From: an uncultured Acidobacteriota bacterium
GTDB taxonomy: Bacteria; Acidobacteriota; Thermoanaerobaculia; Gp7-AA8; CAVUJZ01
DNA: 64,000 bases
NCBI GenBank assembly: GCA_963741905.1
Contig: CAVUJZ010000010.1
Span: 2,099 to 66,098 of the forward strand
Direction: 5' to 3'
Positions within the stretch are counted from its first letter, which is position 1; each line of letters starts with the position of its first letter. This document shows positions 1 to 9,625 of the stretch, one piece after another. The notes under the pieces were generated by a model. That model had not been told where the DNA came from and made no database searches. It saw only the letters and a program-made list of their open reading frames with translations. Made by a program: the position numbers and the translations under genes.

Positions 1-1326
1 CCGCGATTGTCCGGACGGAAGCTGCCGTCGGCGAAGAATCCGACTGTTGAACCACCAGCCGAGCTTCCCGGCCCGATTCTGATGGTGAGACACTTCGACC
101 TCGAATCCGGCCTGCTTCAGCTTGTCTTCGAGCTCGTCCTTCTCGTAGCGCCGTTGGTGTCCCACTCCCCGGTCGAGAGAGCCGAAAAGCGACCGACCTG
201 CCGGCACGTAGACCACGATCCGTCCTTCCGGCGCCAGCAGGTCGAACAGACGCCGCAGGACCAGGAGGTCGTCCGCGGTATGCTCGAGAACATTGATGCA
301 AAGCACGGTGTCGAAGCGGTGCTGCGCGAACCTTTCCGGGACCGGTCCGGCATCGAGGTCGAGCTCTTCGACCAGAATCCCGGGCCGCCGCCTGAACGAG
401 TTGCGAAGGCGGTCGAGATAGGGAACCTCCCGATCGGTCGCCACCACCAGCTCGCGCCCATACAGGTAGCGGGTCATCGTGCCGGTTCCCGCACCGACCT
501 CGAGCACCCGCTGACCCATCCAGGGACGGATCGCATCCCAGATCCACCGGTTGTATCGGGTCAGCCGGGACATCCGCCGCAGCGTGGTGTAGCCGGTCGG
601 CTCGTCTTTCGGATGGAGGAACAGGCCGAACTTGAGGATCGACCAGACGGCGCTGAGTCCGTCCTTCCAGTTGATCTTCTTTCCCTCCCAGTAGTCGCGC
701 CCGTGGTAGGAGATCGGGACCTCATAGATCCGATACCCGCGCCGGGCGAGCTTCGCGGTCACCTCCGGCTCGAAGCCGAACCGGTTCGAGGTCAGGTGGA
801 TCGACTGGATCACGCTCCGCCGGAAGACCTTGTAGCAGGTCTCCATGTCGGTCAGGTTCAGATTGGTGATGGCGTTGGAGAGAAAGGTGAGGAACCGGTT
901 CCCGACGGTATGCCAGAAGAGCATCGCTCGTCGCGGAAATCCTTCGAACCGTGAGCCGAAGACCGCGTCGGCGTCACCGGTGAGCAGGGGCTCGATCAGC
1001 CGGGGATACTCTTCCGGGTCGTACTCCAGGTCGGCATCCTGAATGATCACCAGCTCGCCTCGGGCCTCGGCGATGCCGCGCCGGAGCGCCGCGCCCTTCC
1101 CCTGATTGCGCGGCTGGAGGATGTGGCGGAGCTCGGGCCATTCGGCGGCGAGCGAAGCGACCACGTCACGGGAGCCATCGGTGGATGCGTCATCCACGAC
1201 GATGATCTCCTTGTCGACGTCCACGGCGCGAACCCGGCGGAGGAGCTCGGCCACGGTTGCCCGTTCGTTGTAACAGGGGATGACAACCGACAGGAGAGGA
1301 GGACGGGCGGAATCTGGCTGGTTCAC
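1..1326 (-). CDS. Glycosyltransferase family 2 (polyprenyl-phosphate GT-like) fused to a C-terminal class I SAM-dependent methyltransferase; C-terminus runs off the window
   Basis: Manual translation of the minus strand from GTG at 1326 stays open to position 1. The N-terminal half reads [10 protein letters not shown]...[10 protein letters not shown]...[11 protein letters not shown] (GT2 motifs). The C-terminal half reads VLEVGAGTG...CINVLEHT (methyltransferase motif I and post-I). Absent from the ORF track because it has no stop in the window. Confidence 0.8.
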   Translation of the reverse strand, partial: MNQPDSARPPLLSVVIPCYNERATVAELLRRVRAVDVDKEIIVVDDASTDGSRDVVASLAAEWPELRHILQPRNQGKGAALRRGIAEARGELVIIQDADLEYDPEEYPRLIEPLLTGDADAVFGSRFEGFPRRAMLFWHTVGNRFLTFLSNAITNLNLTDMETCYKVFRRSVIQSIHLTSNRFGFEPEVTAKLARRGYRIYEVPISYHGRDYWEGKKINWKDGLSAVWSILKFGLFLHPKDEPTGYTTLRRMSRLTRYNRWIWDAIRPWMGQRVLEVGAGTGTMTRYLYGRELVVATDREVPYLDRLRNSFRRRPGILVEELDLDAGPVPERFAQHRFDTVLCINVLEHTADDLLVLRRLFDLLAPEGRIVVYVPAGRSLFGSLDRGVGHQRRYEKDELEDKLKQAGFEVEVSHHQNRAGKLGWWFNSRILRRRQLPSGQSR

Positions 1327-1364
1327 AGGCGAGCTATTGTAAGCTACGTCCCCGGCGACGATCG

Positions 1365-2750
1365 ATGAGAAACCCCAACGAGCAGATCACTTCGGAAGGT
1401 GCCCGCAAGCTGGTCCACATGTTTTTCGGACTGTTCGCGATCAGCCTCTACTGGCTGAGCACGATTCAGGCTGCGGGTGTGGCCATCGCGGCACTCCTGT
1501 TCAACTGGCTGGTTCTTCCCCTGGTCGGCGGGAAGCAGATCTCTCGTGGCGGCCGGGGCTACGACCGTGGCATCATCCTCTACCCGATCGCCGTGCTGTT
1601 GCTGATCGTCGCCTTTCCGTTCCGGCCGGACCTTGCCGGGATCGTCTGGGTGATCCTGGCGTTCGGCGATGGTGCGGCAACTCTCCTGGGGCGCAACGTC
1701 CGGAGCCGCCGGCTTCCCTGGAACCCGGAAAAGAGCCTCGCTGGGACCGCCGGATTCATCGAAGTGGGGTTTCCCGCGGCGGCGGGCATCGCATTCCTGC
1801 TCCGGCCGCAGGGATCCGAGGCTGGGGTTCCGACTCTGGTGATGGTCTTTCTCGCCGTGCTGGTCTGCGCCGCGGTGGAGAGTCTGCCGCTGAACGTCGA
1901 CGACAACATCACCGTTCCGCTGGCCGGTGCACTGACGGTTGCAGCGCTGGCGCGTGCGGAGCTGTTCCCGACGATCCAGTGGGCTCCACGGATGCCCCTC
2001 TGGCTGGTGGCGAACGCCCTTCTGGCGCTCGCCGGGTTTGCCGCGGGTGGCGTGAGTGTCTCCGGGATGGTCGGAGGCTTTCTGATCGGCGCCGTGATCC
2101 TCGTGTTTGCAGGCTGGGAGCTTTACCTCGTTCTGATTCTCTTCTTCGTGATCGGGACGGCGGCCACCAGGCTCGGGTACCGCCGGAAAGCTGCTCGTGG
2201 CCTGGCGCAGGAATCAGGGGGGCGGCGTGGGTTTTCCCATGCCTTCTCCAATACCGGAGTCGCCACGATTCTCGCGTTGCTGATCGGTGTCTCTTCTTTC
2301 GACCCGCGGATGCTCTGGCTCGGAGCGATTGCCGCCTTCGCGACCGCGGCAGCCGACACCACCGGTTCCGAGATTGGACAGCTTCTGGGGCGTCATGCAT
2401 TTCTTCCACTCTCCTTGCGGAGGGTGGAGCCCGGAACCGAGGGGGCGATCTCGGTCGAGGGGACGGTGGCCGGACTATTCGCTGGAATCCTCGTTTCGGC
2501 GGTGGGTGTGTTTCTTCTGGGATGGAGGAGCTTTCACCGCTTTCCGGGCGAGTTGATCGGCTCGGCGTGGATCTGGCGGGCCATCGTGGCCTCCTCGGTG
2601 GCCGCCTTCGTCGGATCGTGGCTCGAGAGCGTTCTGGGCAGTTGGAACCGCGAGCAGGATCCGCCGGTTCCGAACGGAGCGCTGAATTTTTTCAATACGC
2701 TCGCTGGAGCAATGCTGGCGATGGTGCTGAGCCTCCGGTGGATCTGGTAA
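1365..2750 (+). CDS. Polytopic membrane fusion protein: N-terminal polyprenol/phytol kinase-like domain (CTP_transf_1/VTE5-like) plus C-terminal DUF92 (TMEM19/VTE6-like) domain
   Basis: 461-aa ORF. N-terminal motifs are [15 protein letters not shown] and KSLAGTAGF. The C-terminal half has [14 protein letters not shown], typical of DUF92. Hydrophobic throughout. Confidence 0.7.
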   Translation: MRNPNEQITSEGARKLVHMFFGLFAISLYWLSTIQAAGVAIAALLFNWLVLPLVGGKQISRGGRGYDRGIILYPIAVLLLIVAFPFRPDLAGIVWVILAFGDGAATLLGRNVRSRRLPWNPEKSLAGTAGFIEVGFPAAAGIAFLLRPQGSEAGVPTLVMVFLAVLVCAAVESLPLNVDDNITVPLAGALTVAALARAELFPTIQWAPRMPLWLVANALLALAGFAAGGVSVSGMVGGFLIGAVILVFAGWELYLVLILFFVIGTAATRLGYRRKAARGLAQESGGRRGFSHAFSNTGVATILALLIGVSSFDPRMLWLGAIAAFATAAADTTGSEIGQLLGRHAFLPLSLRRVEPGTEGAISVEGTVAGLFAGILVSAVGVFLLGWRSFHRFPGELIGSAWIWRAIVASSVAAFVGSWLESVLGSWNREQDPPVPNGALNFFNTLAGAMLAMVLSLRWIW

Positions 2751-2766
2751 GAGGAGCAAGACGACT

Positions 2767-4104
2767 TTGAAGACGATTGTGATCGCGGGACGGCCGAATG
2801 TCGGCAAGTCCACCCTGTTCAACCGGCTGGCGGGAAAGCGGCGCGCGCTGGTTCACGATTTGCCCGGGATGACCCGGGACCTGCTGAGCGACGTCATCAC
2901 CCTGGATGATGGCCGGAAGTTCGCTCTGGTCGACACGGGCGGTCTGGAATATGGCGACTCTCCGATGTCGGCGTTCGCAAGCGAGATCCGCGCACAGGCG
3001 GGAGAGGCGATCCGGCGCGCGGACCTGATTCTGTTCCTCGTCGACGGCATCGACGGACTGCTCGCCGAGGACCGGGATATCGCGGAACAGCTCCGGCCCC
3101 AGGCGGACAAGGTGGTGCTGGTGGTGAACAAGGCCGACGCCCGGGTGGTGGAACAGAACCTTCCTGAATTCTACGAGCTCGGCTACGACCGCCTTTTCCG
3201 GATCTCCGCGGAACATGGAACCGGAGTCGAAGATCTGTGGGATCTGATCGAGACGGAGGTTCCTGAAGGAGAGGAGGAGCCGGAAGGGGAAGGGGAGGAG
3301 CCGGTTCGGCTGGCGATCATCGGACGGCCGAATGTCGGGAAATCCTCGCTGCTGAACCGGCTGGTCCGAACGGAGCGCTCCATCGTTTCGGACATTGCCG
3401 GCACCACCCGTGACGCGATCGATTCGGTGATCGAGCGGGAGGGACGGAACTACCTGATCATCGATACGGCGGGAATCCGCCGCAAGGGCAAGACCACCGA
3501 CCAGGCGGAGAAGCTGTCGATCATGTCAGCGCGCAGGGCGATCGAGCGTTGCGAGGTCGCGCTGGTCATGATCGACGGCGTGGAAGGCGCCACGGCGCAG
3601 GATGCCACGGTGGCGGGCTACGCCGAGGAGGCGGGACGGGCGGCACTTCTTCTGGTCAACAAATGGGACATCGTCGAGCGCAGTCCGGAGCTGACCCGGG
3701 AATTCGAGTCAGAGCTCCGGAGGAAGCTGAAATTTCTGTCCTACGCACCGGTGGAGTTCGTCTCGGCCAGGACCGGCCGCCGGGTCGAGAAGCTGTTTAC
3801 GACCATCGACCGGATCGCCGAGGGATTCCGTCGCCGGTTCCGGACCTCCGAGCTGAATCAGATTCTCGAACGGGCGGTCGCACACCATCATCCGCCTTCG
3901 CTTCGGGGGCGCCAGCGCCGTTTCTACTACGCCACCCAGCTCCGGAGCGGGCCTCCGACCATCGCCCTGTTTTCCAATTCCGTGGAGCCGCTGCACTTCT
4001 CCTACAAGCGGTATCTGGAGAACCAGTTCCGCGAAGCGCTGAACCTGGAGGGCTGTCCGGTGCGGCTGCTGGTTCGCGGCCGGAAAGGAATGGATCTGAA
4101 CTGA
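2767..4104 (+). CDS. der: Ribosome-biogenesis GTPase Der (EngA), two G domains plus a KH-like domain
   Basis: Two P-loops (GRPNVGKSTLFNRL and GRPNVGKSSLLNRL), DTGG/DTAG and NKAD/NKWD motifs. TTG start. Confidence 0.95.
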   Translation: MKTIVIAGRPNVGKSTLFNRLAGKRRALVHDLPGMTRDLLSDVITLDDGRKFALVDTGGLEYGDSPMSAFASEIRAQAGEAIRRADLILFLVDGIDGLLAEDRDIAEQLRPQADKVVLVVNKADARVVEQNLPEFYELGYDRLFRISAEHGTGVEDLWDLIETEVPEGEEEPEGEGEEPVRLAIIGRPNVGKSSLLNRLVRTERSIVSDIAGTTRDAIDSVIEREGRNYLIIDTAGIRRKGKTTDQAEKLSIMSARRAIERCEVALVMIDGVEGATAQDATVAGYAEEAGRAALLLVNKWDIVERSPELTREFESELRRKLKFLSYAPVEFVSARTGRRVEKLFTTIDRIAEGFRRRFRTSELNQILERAVAHHHPPSLRGRQRRFYYATQLRSGPPTIALFSNSVEPLHFSYKRYLENQFREALNLEGCPVRLLVRGRKGMDLN

Positions 4105-4230
4105 AGCCATCCGGGCGGAATGGACCGCCCCGATGGCGCCGTTCTTCACTCCGTTCACCACGTCGTTCCTTCCCCCTCGTGATATCCTGAAAGACTGCAG
4201 TTCGAGCCAATCCAAGGAGTCGTTTTCACC

Positions 4231-4977
4231 ATGTCAGGTCACAGCAAATGGAGCACGATCAAGCACAAAAAGGGTGCGGCAGACGCCAAGCGAGGCAAGG
4301 TCTTCACCCGCATCATCAAGGAGATTACCGTCGCGGCCCGACTGGGCGGAGGCGATCCCACCGGCAATCCCCGACTGCGTGCCGCCATCGCCGAGGCGAA
4401 GGCGAACAACATGCCGAAGGACAACCTCGAGCGGGCCATCAAGAAGGGTACGGGTGAGCTCGAGGGTGAGCGATACGAAGAAGCCACCTACGAGGGCTAC
4501 GGCCCGGGCGGCGTCGCGGTGATCGTGGAAGCAGTGACTGACAACGGGAATCGGACCACCCCGGAGATCCGTCACATCTTCGAGAAGAACGGCGGCAATC
4601 TCGGGACGCCTGGTTCCGCTTCGTATCTGTTCGAGAAGAAGGGTTACTTTTCAATCGAGCGCTCGGCCGTGAGCGAAGAGCGGCTGATGGAGATCGCGCT
4701 CGAAGCCGGCGCCGAGGATCTGGTCACGGATGATCCCGACTCCTTCGAGATCTACACCAGCCCGGATGAGTTCGAGCCTCTGCGCGAAGCGCTGGAGAAT
4801 GCCGGCATCCCGACGATCGAGGGGAAGATCGGAATGATTCCGATGAACATGGTCAGCCTCGACGAAGGGAAGTCGCGCCAGATGATGAAGATGATGGAAC
4901 TGCTGGACGATCACGACGACGTCCAGAACGTCTGGACCAACTTCGACATCCCCAACGAGTATCTCGAGGCGTCCTGA
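4231..4977 (+). CDS. yebC: YebC/PmpR family DNA-binding transcriptional regulator
   Basis: N-terminus [26 protein letters not shown] is the family signature. 248 aa. Confidence 0.95.
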   Translation: MSGHSKWSTIKHKKGAADAKRGKVFTRIIKEITVAARLGGGDPTGNPRLRAAIAEAKANNMPKDNLERAIKKGTGELEGERYEEATYEGYGPGGVAVIVEAVTDNGNRTTPEIRHIFEKNGGNLGTPGSASYLFEKKGYFSIERSAVSEERLMEIALEAGAEDLVTDDPDSFEIYTSPDEFEPLREALENAGIPTIEGKIGMIPMNMVSLDEGKSRQMMKMMELLDDHDDVQNVWTNFDIPNEYLEAS

Positions 4978-4978
4978 G

Positions 4979-5491
4979 ATGGCGGTTCTTCCCCAGCCGC
5001 CGTTCCGGATTCTGGGCGTCGATCCAGGGTCGATCGTCACCGGATTCGGGGTCATCGATCAGATCCGTGGGGATCTGGTCCTGGTGGAGCAGGGAGCGAT
5101 CCGGACCACACGCGGAGCCGATCTGTCGGTCCGGCTGGAGCAGATCTACCGTGGAGTGCTGGAAGTGGTGGATCGGACCGCCCCGGTGGCCGTGGCCGTC
5201 GAGTCGCCTTTTGCCGGACTCAACGCGAAGAGTCTGATTCAGCTGGCCCATGCGCGGGGGGTGATTCTTCTCGCAGCCCGGATGGCGGGGCTGGAGGTGT
5301 TCGAGTATTCACCTCGGTCGGTCAAGAGTGCGGTGGTTGGATATGGCGGCGCGGAGAAGCAGCAGGTGAGCCGGATGGTCCGGTTGCTGATCAAGGGGGT
5401 CGGGAATGTCCGGATGGCGGCCGATGCCTCCGACGCCCTGGCGATCGCCGTCTGCCACGCACATTCGAGAAAGATGCGCGCGCTGGCCTGA
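4979..5491 (+). CDS. ruvC: Crossover junction endodeoxyribonuclease RuvC
   Basis: ILGVDPGSIVTGFGVI N-terminal RNase H-like motif, 170 aa, directly after yebC (a common pairing). Confidence 0.9.
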   Translation: MAVLPQPPFRILGVDPGSIVTGFGVIDQIRGDLVLVEQGAIRTTRGADLSVRLEQIYRGVLEVVDRTAPVAVAVESPFAGLNAKSLIQLAHARGVILLAARMAGLEVFEYSPRSVKSAVVGYGGAEKQQVSRMVRLLIKGVGNVRMAADASDALAIAVCHAHSRKMRALA

Positions 5492-5724
5492 AACCGTTTC
5501 GAAACTTCATCTCCGGTCGTCGAGCCTGTCGCAGACATCCTTGCGTCAACCTTGCATCACCCCCGGGAGCGGACGTGGATCAATCCGGCCTCTCGGGTTA
5601 GAATCACCGCCGCCTGGACGGGGCGAGACCCGGAGTCGAGTCAACCTATGGCCCGAAAAAAGACGAAAGTGAAAGAACCCAGGATCCCGCCTGTGCGCCG
5701 GAGTGGACGGATCTGCTTCGCAGA

Positions 5725-6720
5725 ATGCTGCTGATCCGGAAGTTCGAGGAAGCATCCGAACGAGAATTCCGGCGGGGAAAAATCGGCGGTTACCTGCACG
5801 TCTACAGCGGTGAGGAGGGAGTCGTCGCCGGCGTGATGACCGCCCTCGATCCGGGGGACGTCGTATTCGCCGGATACCGCGATCATGCGCATGCCCTGCT
5901 GCTCGGGAGCGATCCCGGTGCGGTGATGGCCGAGCTGTTCGGTCGGGCGGGAGGCATCTCTCACGGCAAGGGCGGCTCGATGCACCTGTTCGATGCGGAG
6001 AAGGGACTCTACGGCGGCTACGGCATCGTCGGCGGTCATCTCACTCTCGCCACCGGGGCCGCCTATGCCCTTCGGCAGCGAAAAACCGGGAAGATCGCGG
6101 TCTGCTTTTTCGGCGACGGTGCGATGAACATCGGCTCGTTTCACGAAGCGCTCAATATGGCCGGACTCTGGGGCAAACAGGGGCATTGCCCGATTCTTTT
6201 CGTCATCGAGAACAACGGCTACGCCATGGGGACTTCGGTGGAGCGGCATTCCGCTCTTCCCGATCTCGCCGAGCGCGTCCGCGCCTACGCCATTCCCGCC
6301 GAGAAGGTCGATGGGCAGGATGTGTTTGCGGTGCGAGGTGTGGCGGACCGCGTCGTTCAGCAGGTCCGCAAGACCGGCATGCCTTACTGCATCGAAGCGG
6401 TGACCTATCGCTTCTCCGGCCACGGCGCGGCGGACATCATGCAGCCTTATCGAACCAAGGAAGAGGTCGAGGAGCACCGGGCCCGTGATCCGATCAGCAT
6501 TCTCTCCAGGCGGTTGAAGGAAGTCTGCGGTCTGACCGACGATCAGTTGGAGACGATGAATCGCGAGGCCGAAGAAGAAGTGGCCCGGGCGGAGGCCTTT
6601 GCCAATGAGAGCGAAGCGCCGCCGGAGTCGGAACTGATGACCGACATCCTCGGAGCCTCATTCGACCACCGGGACGCGGCGGGCGAGACCGACTGGCGGG
6701 AAGAGGAAGATCGTGGCTGA
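5725..6720 (+). CDS. pdhA: Pyruvate dehydrogenase E1 component alpha subunit (N-terminus uncertain, see findings)
   Basis: LLIRKFEE..., GYLHVYSGEE and GDGAMNIGSFHEALN (TPP-binding) motifs. The frame stays open upstream to 5602 without a canonical start. Confidence 0.85.
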   Translation: MLLIRKFEEASEREFRRGKIGGYLHVYSGEEGVVAGVMTALDPGDVVFAGYRDHAHALLLGSDPGAVMAELFGRAGGISHGKGGSMHLFDAEKGLYGGYGIVGGHLTLATGAAYALRQRKTGKIAVCFFGDGAMNIGSFHEALNMAGLWGKQGHCPILFVIENNGYAMGTSVERHSALPDLAERVRAYAIPAEKVDGQDVFAVRGVADRVVQQVRKTGMPYCIEAVTYRFSGHGAADIMQPYRTKEEVEEHRARDPISILSRRLKEVCGLTDDQLETMNREAEEEVARAEAFANESEAPPESELMTDILGASFDHRDAAGETDWREEEDRG

Positions 6721-7696
6721 GAAGACCTATCGCGATGCGATCCGCGACGCGCTGATCGAAGAGATGGAGCGGGACGAGTCGGTCCTGATCATGGGCGAGG
6801 ACATCGGCGTGTACGAGGGCACCTTCCGGATCACCGCCGGAATGCTCAAGAAATTCGGCCCGCAACGGGTCATCGACACCCCCATCGCCGAGGCGGGGAT
6901 GGTTGGAACCGCGGTGGGCATGGCGATGCTCGGGCTCAGGCCGGTAGTCGAGATGATGACCATGAACTTCTCGCTGGTTGCGGCCGACCAGATCCTCAAT
7001 CATGCCGCGAAGGTTCGTTACTTCTCCGGCGGCCAGGTCGACGTTCCGATGGTCATCCGGGGCCCCCAGGGGGCCGGGGTTCAGCTCTCCGCGCAGCATT
7101 CGCAGTCGTTCGAATCGTTCTACGGACATTTCCCGGGGCTGATCGTGGTGACCCCGGCAACGGCTTCGGACGCCAAGGGAATGCTCAAGAGCGCCATCCG
7201 CGGGAAGGACCCGGTGATCTTTCTGGAGAACGCGGCGCTCTATGGTTTGAAAGAAGAGGTTCCCGACGATCCCGACTTTCTGGTGCCTCTTGGGAAATCC
7301 AAAGTGGTGCGCGAGGGCAGGGACGTGACGATCGTGAGCTACAGCCGGATGCTCCACCTTTCTCTCGCCGCGGCGAAGACGCTGGCCGGGGAGGGAATCG
7401 AGGCGGAAGTGATCGATCTGCGCTCGATGCGTCCGCTCGATCTCGATCCGGTCTATCAGTCGGTACGAAAGACGCACCGTGCAGTCGCGGTGCAGGAACA
7501 GTGGAAACCGTTCGGAGCGGCGGCGGAGATCTCTGCGAGCATCAGCGACGCCGTCTTCGATGAGCTCGATGCGCCGGTGGCACGGGTCACGGGGAAGGAC
7601 GCTCCCATGCCGTACGCCCGCAATCTGGAGCTTGCCGCGGTGCCTCACGAGGACGACGTGATTCAGGCGGTCCGTGCGGTGATGTACAGATCCTGA
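6713..7696 (+). CDS. pdhB: Pyruvate dehydrogenase E1 component beta subunit
   Basis: 327 aa. YRDAIRDALIEEMERD...IMGEDIG...DTPIAE motifs. Overlaps the pdhA stop. Confidence 0.9.
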   Translation: MAEKTYRDAIRDALIEEMERDESVLIMGEDIGVYEGTFRITAGMLKKFGPQRVIDTPIAEAGMVGTAVGMAMLGLRPVVEMMTMNFSLVAADQILNHAAKVRYFSGGQVDVPMVIRGPQGAGVQLSAQHSQSFESFYGHFPGLIVVTPATASDAKGMLKSAIRGKDPVIFLENAALYGLKEEVPDDPDFLVPLGKSKVVREGRDVTIVSYSRMLHLSLAAAKTLAGEGIEAEVIDLRSMRPLDLDPVYQSVRKTHRAVAVQEQWKPFGAAAEISASISDAVFDELDAPVARVTGKDAPMPYARNLELAAVPHEDDVIQAVRAVMYRS

Positions 7697-7726
7697 CGGA
7701 CAAACGACGAGTGAACGAAAGCTGCC

Positions 7727-9010
7727 ATGGCTGAGATCATCATGCCCAAGATGGGCGACGCGATGACCGAAGGAAAGGTCGTCCAGTGGTACAAGAAGGC
7801 GGGAGACTCCGTCAAGAAGGGCGAGCCGATCCTGGAGATCGAGACGGACAAGGTCAATCTCGATCTCGAGGCGGAAGAAGACGGCGTTCTGGGCAAGATC
7901 GAGGTCGAGGCTGGTTCCATGGTGGACGTCGGAACCCGGCTCTCCTGGATCGGCGATGGCGCCGGAGCGCCGCCGAAGAAGGCCGCGAAGAAGGAAGAGA
8001 AGAAGGCCGCGAAGAAGGAAGAGAAGAAGGAGGAGCCGACCGCGGTCGAGCCGGTGCCGGCGCAACCTCCTGCCGAGGCGCCGCCTGAGCAGGCGGCACC
8101 GGCAGCGCCTCAGCCATCTCGGACGGCGGCGGTTGAATTCGTCCGCTCCTCTCCGCTGGCTCGCCGGATGGCGAAAGACCTCGGCGTCGAGCTGAGCTCG
8201 GTGGCCGGGAGTGGCCCGGGAGGGAGGGTGATCGCCGCGGATGTGAAGAAGGCGTCGGAGCAGAAGCCTCGAGCACGGGCCGCAGGCGCCCCGCCGGCTC
8301 AGGCGTCGATGCCTCCGGCCGCGGGTCTCGAGGAGAAGGAGATTCCACTCTCCGGAATGCGGCGGACCATCGCGCGACGGTTGAGCGAGTCGATCGGACC
8401 GATCCCGCACTTCTTCCTGACCATCGATCTCGATGTGACCGACCTGATGCGAACCCGCGCGCAGTTGAACGACATCCAGCCGGTGAAAACGAGCGTGAAT
8501 GACTTCGTGATCCGAGCTGCCGCACTGGCGATCCTGCATCATCCGAATGTGAATGCGAGCTTTACCGGAGAGTCGATCCGGCAGCACGGGCACGTCCACA
8601 TGGGCATTGCGGTGGCAACGCCGGAGGGTCTGCTCACGCCGGTGATCCGGGATGCGGACCAGCAGTCGGTTCCGCAGATCGCCTCCGCGTCGCGGGATCT
8701 CGCCGAGCGGGCGCGAAACCGCAAGCTCAAACCGAACGAATACGAAGGCAGCACCTTCACCATCTCCAACCTCGGGATGTTCGGCATCGAGGAGTTCACC
8801 GCAATCATCAATCCTCCCAACTCCGCGATTCTTGCGGTCGGGTCGGCGATGAGCAGGCCGGTCGTCGTGGATGGAGAGATCGTGGTGCGCGAACGGATGA
8901 AGATCACCATGTCCTGCGATCACCGGGTGATCGATGGTGCGGCGGGCGCGGAATATCTGAGGACGCTTCGGCAATATCTCGAACAGCCTCTGCGACTGAT
9001 CGTCTCCTGA
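7727..9010 (+). CDS. Dihydrolipoamide acetyltransferase (E2): lipoyl domain, Lys/Glu/Ala/Pro linker, E3-binding domain, catalytic domain
   Basis: Lipoyl motif EIETDKV, PSBD-like SPLARRMAKDLGV, and catalytic DHRVIDGA near the C-terminus. Confidence 0.9.
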   Translation: MAEIIMPKMGDAMTEGKVVQWYKKAGDSVKKGEPILEIETDKVNLDLEAEEDGVLGKIEVEAGSMVDVGTRLSWIGDGAGAPPKKAAKKEEKKAAKKEEKKEEPTAVEPVPAQPPAEAPPEQAAPAAPQPSRTAAVEFVRSSPLARRMAKDLGVELSSVAGSGPGGRVIAADVKKASEQKPRARAAGAPPAQASMPPAAGLEEKEIPLSGMRRTIARRLSESIGPIPHFFLTIDLDVTDLMRTRAQLNDIQPVKTSVNDFVIRAAALAILHHPNVNASFTGESIRQHGHVHMGIAVATPEGLLTPVIRDADQQSVPQIASASRDLAERARNRKLKPNEYEGSTFTISNLGMFGIEEFTAIINPPNSAILAVGSAMSRPVVVDGEIVVRERMKITMSCDHRVIDGAAGAEYLRTLRQYLEQPLRLIVS

Positions 9011-9166
9011 GCCCGGCTCGGCTCCGATCGCATTGGAAATCCCGGCTGCGTCCCATCGTGACGAGCCAGTGAGCGCGGGCGTATCTCGGCCCGCACAACC
9101 CCACGGGCATTGCCCGTCGCCCGGCGCGGTCGTGGACCGTCGGCTGGAAGCGAATCGAGGAACCAC

Positions 9167-9616
9167 ATGAGTGATCGAAAGTACAAACAACGAGGATACA
9201 TGGAGAGCGGGACATCATCGTCCTCGGGAGGTCGCAACCACGACCGCCCGCCGATGAAGGAACGGCTCGAGGGGGCACCCCGGGGCAGAACTGCGGGAGG
9301 GTTCGGTCCGGAGGTCTTCAAGTGCGCACGGTGCGGACGTCTCCAGCGAACCCTCGGCGAGGTGGAGCCTGCGACCACCTGCGAATGTGGCGCGGATCTG
9401 CATACCTGCACGAACTGCCGCCTGTTCGACACCTCGGCGCGATGGGAGTGCCGCGAGGAGTCCATTCCGGCCCGTGTCGCGCCGAAGGATTCCAGCAACC
9501 AATGCGAGTTCTTCGCTCCCCGGATCGTAAAGGATCTCACCGCGGACAAGGGGAGTGCCCAGGTGCGGACCCCCGATGATGCGCGGAAGGCCTTCGAGAA
9601 TCTCTTCAAGAAGTAG
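9167..9616 (+). CDS. Hypothetical Cys-rich (zinc-ribbon-like) protein
   Basis: The track ORF starts at 9110, but ATG 9167 (MSDRKYKQRGY...) is the likelier start. Paired cysteines CARCG...CECG...CTNC...C suggest zinc ribbons. No family assigned. Confidence 0.55.
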   Translation: MSDRKYKQRGYMESGTSSSSGGRNHDRPPMKERLEGAPRGRTAGGFGPEVFKCARCGRLQRTLGEVEPATTCECGADLHTCTNCRLFDTSARWECREESIPARVAPKDSSNQCEFFAPRIVKDLTADKGSAQVRTPDDARKAFENLFKK

Positions 9617-9625
9617 TCCGTCCCG

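Noticed and set aside
7-954. 315-aa plus-strand ORF at the window start
   Set aside because: The opposite strand encodes a convincing GT2-methyltransferase fusion. The plus-strand product has no recognisable motif.
6494-9190. 898-aa minus-strand ORF
   Set aside because: It lies antisense to pdhB and the E2 gene, which have clear family motifs. The translation is Arg/Pro/Gly-rich and low-complexity, typical of a GC-driven shadow ORF.
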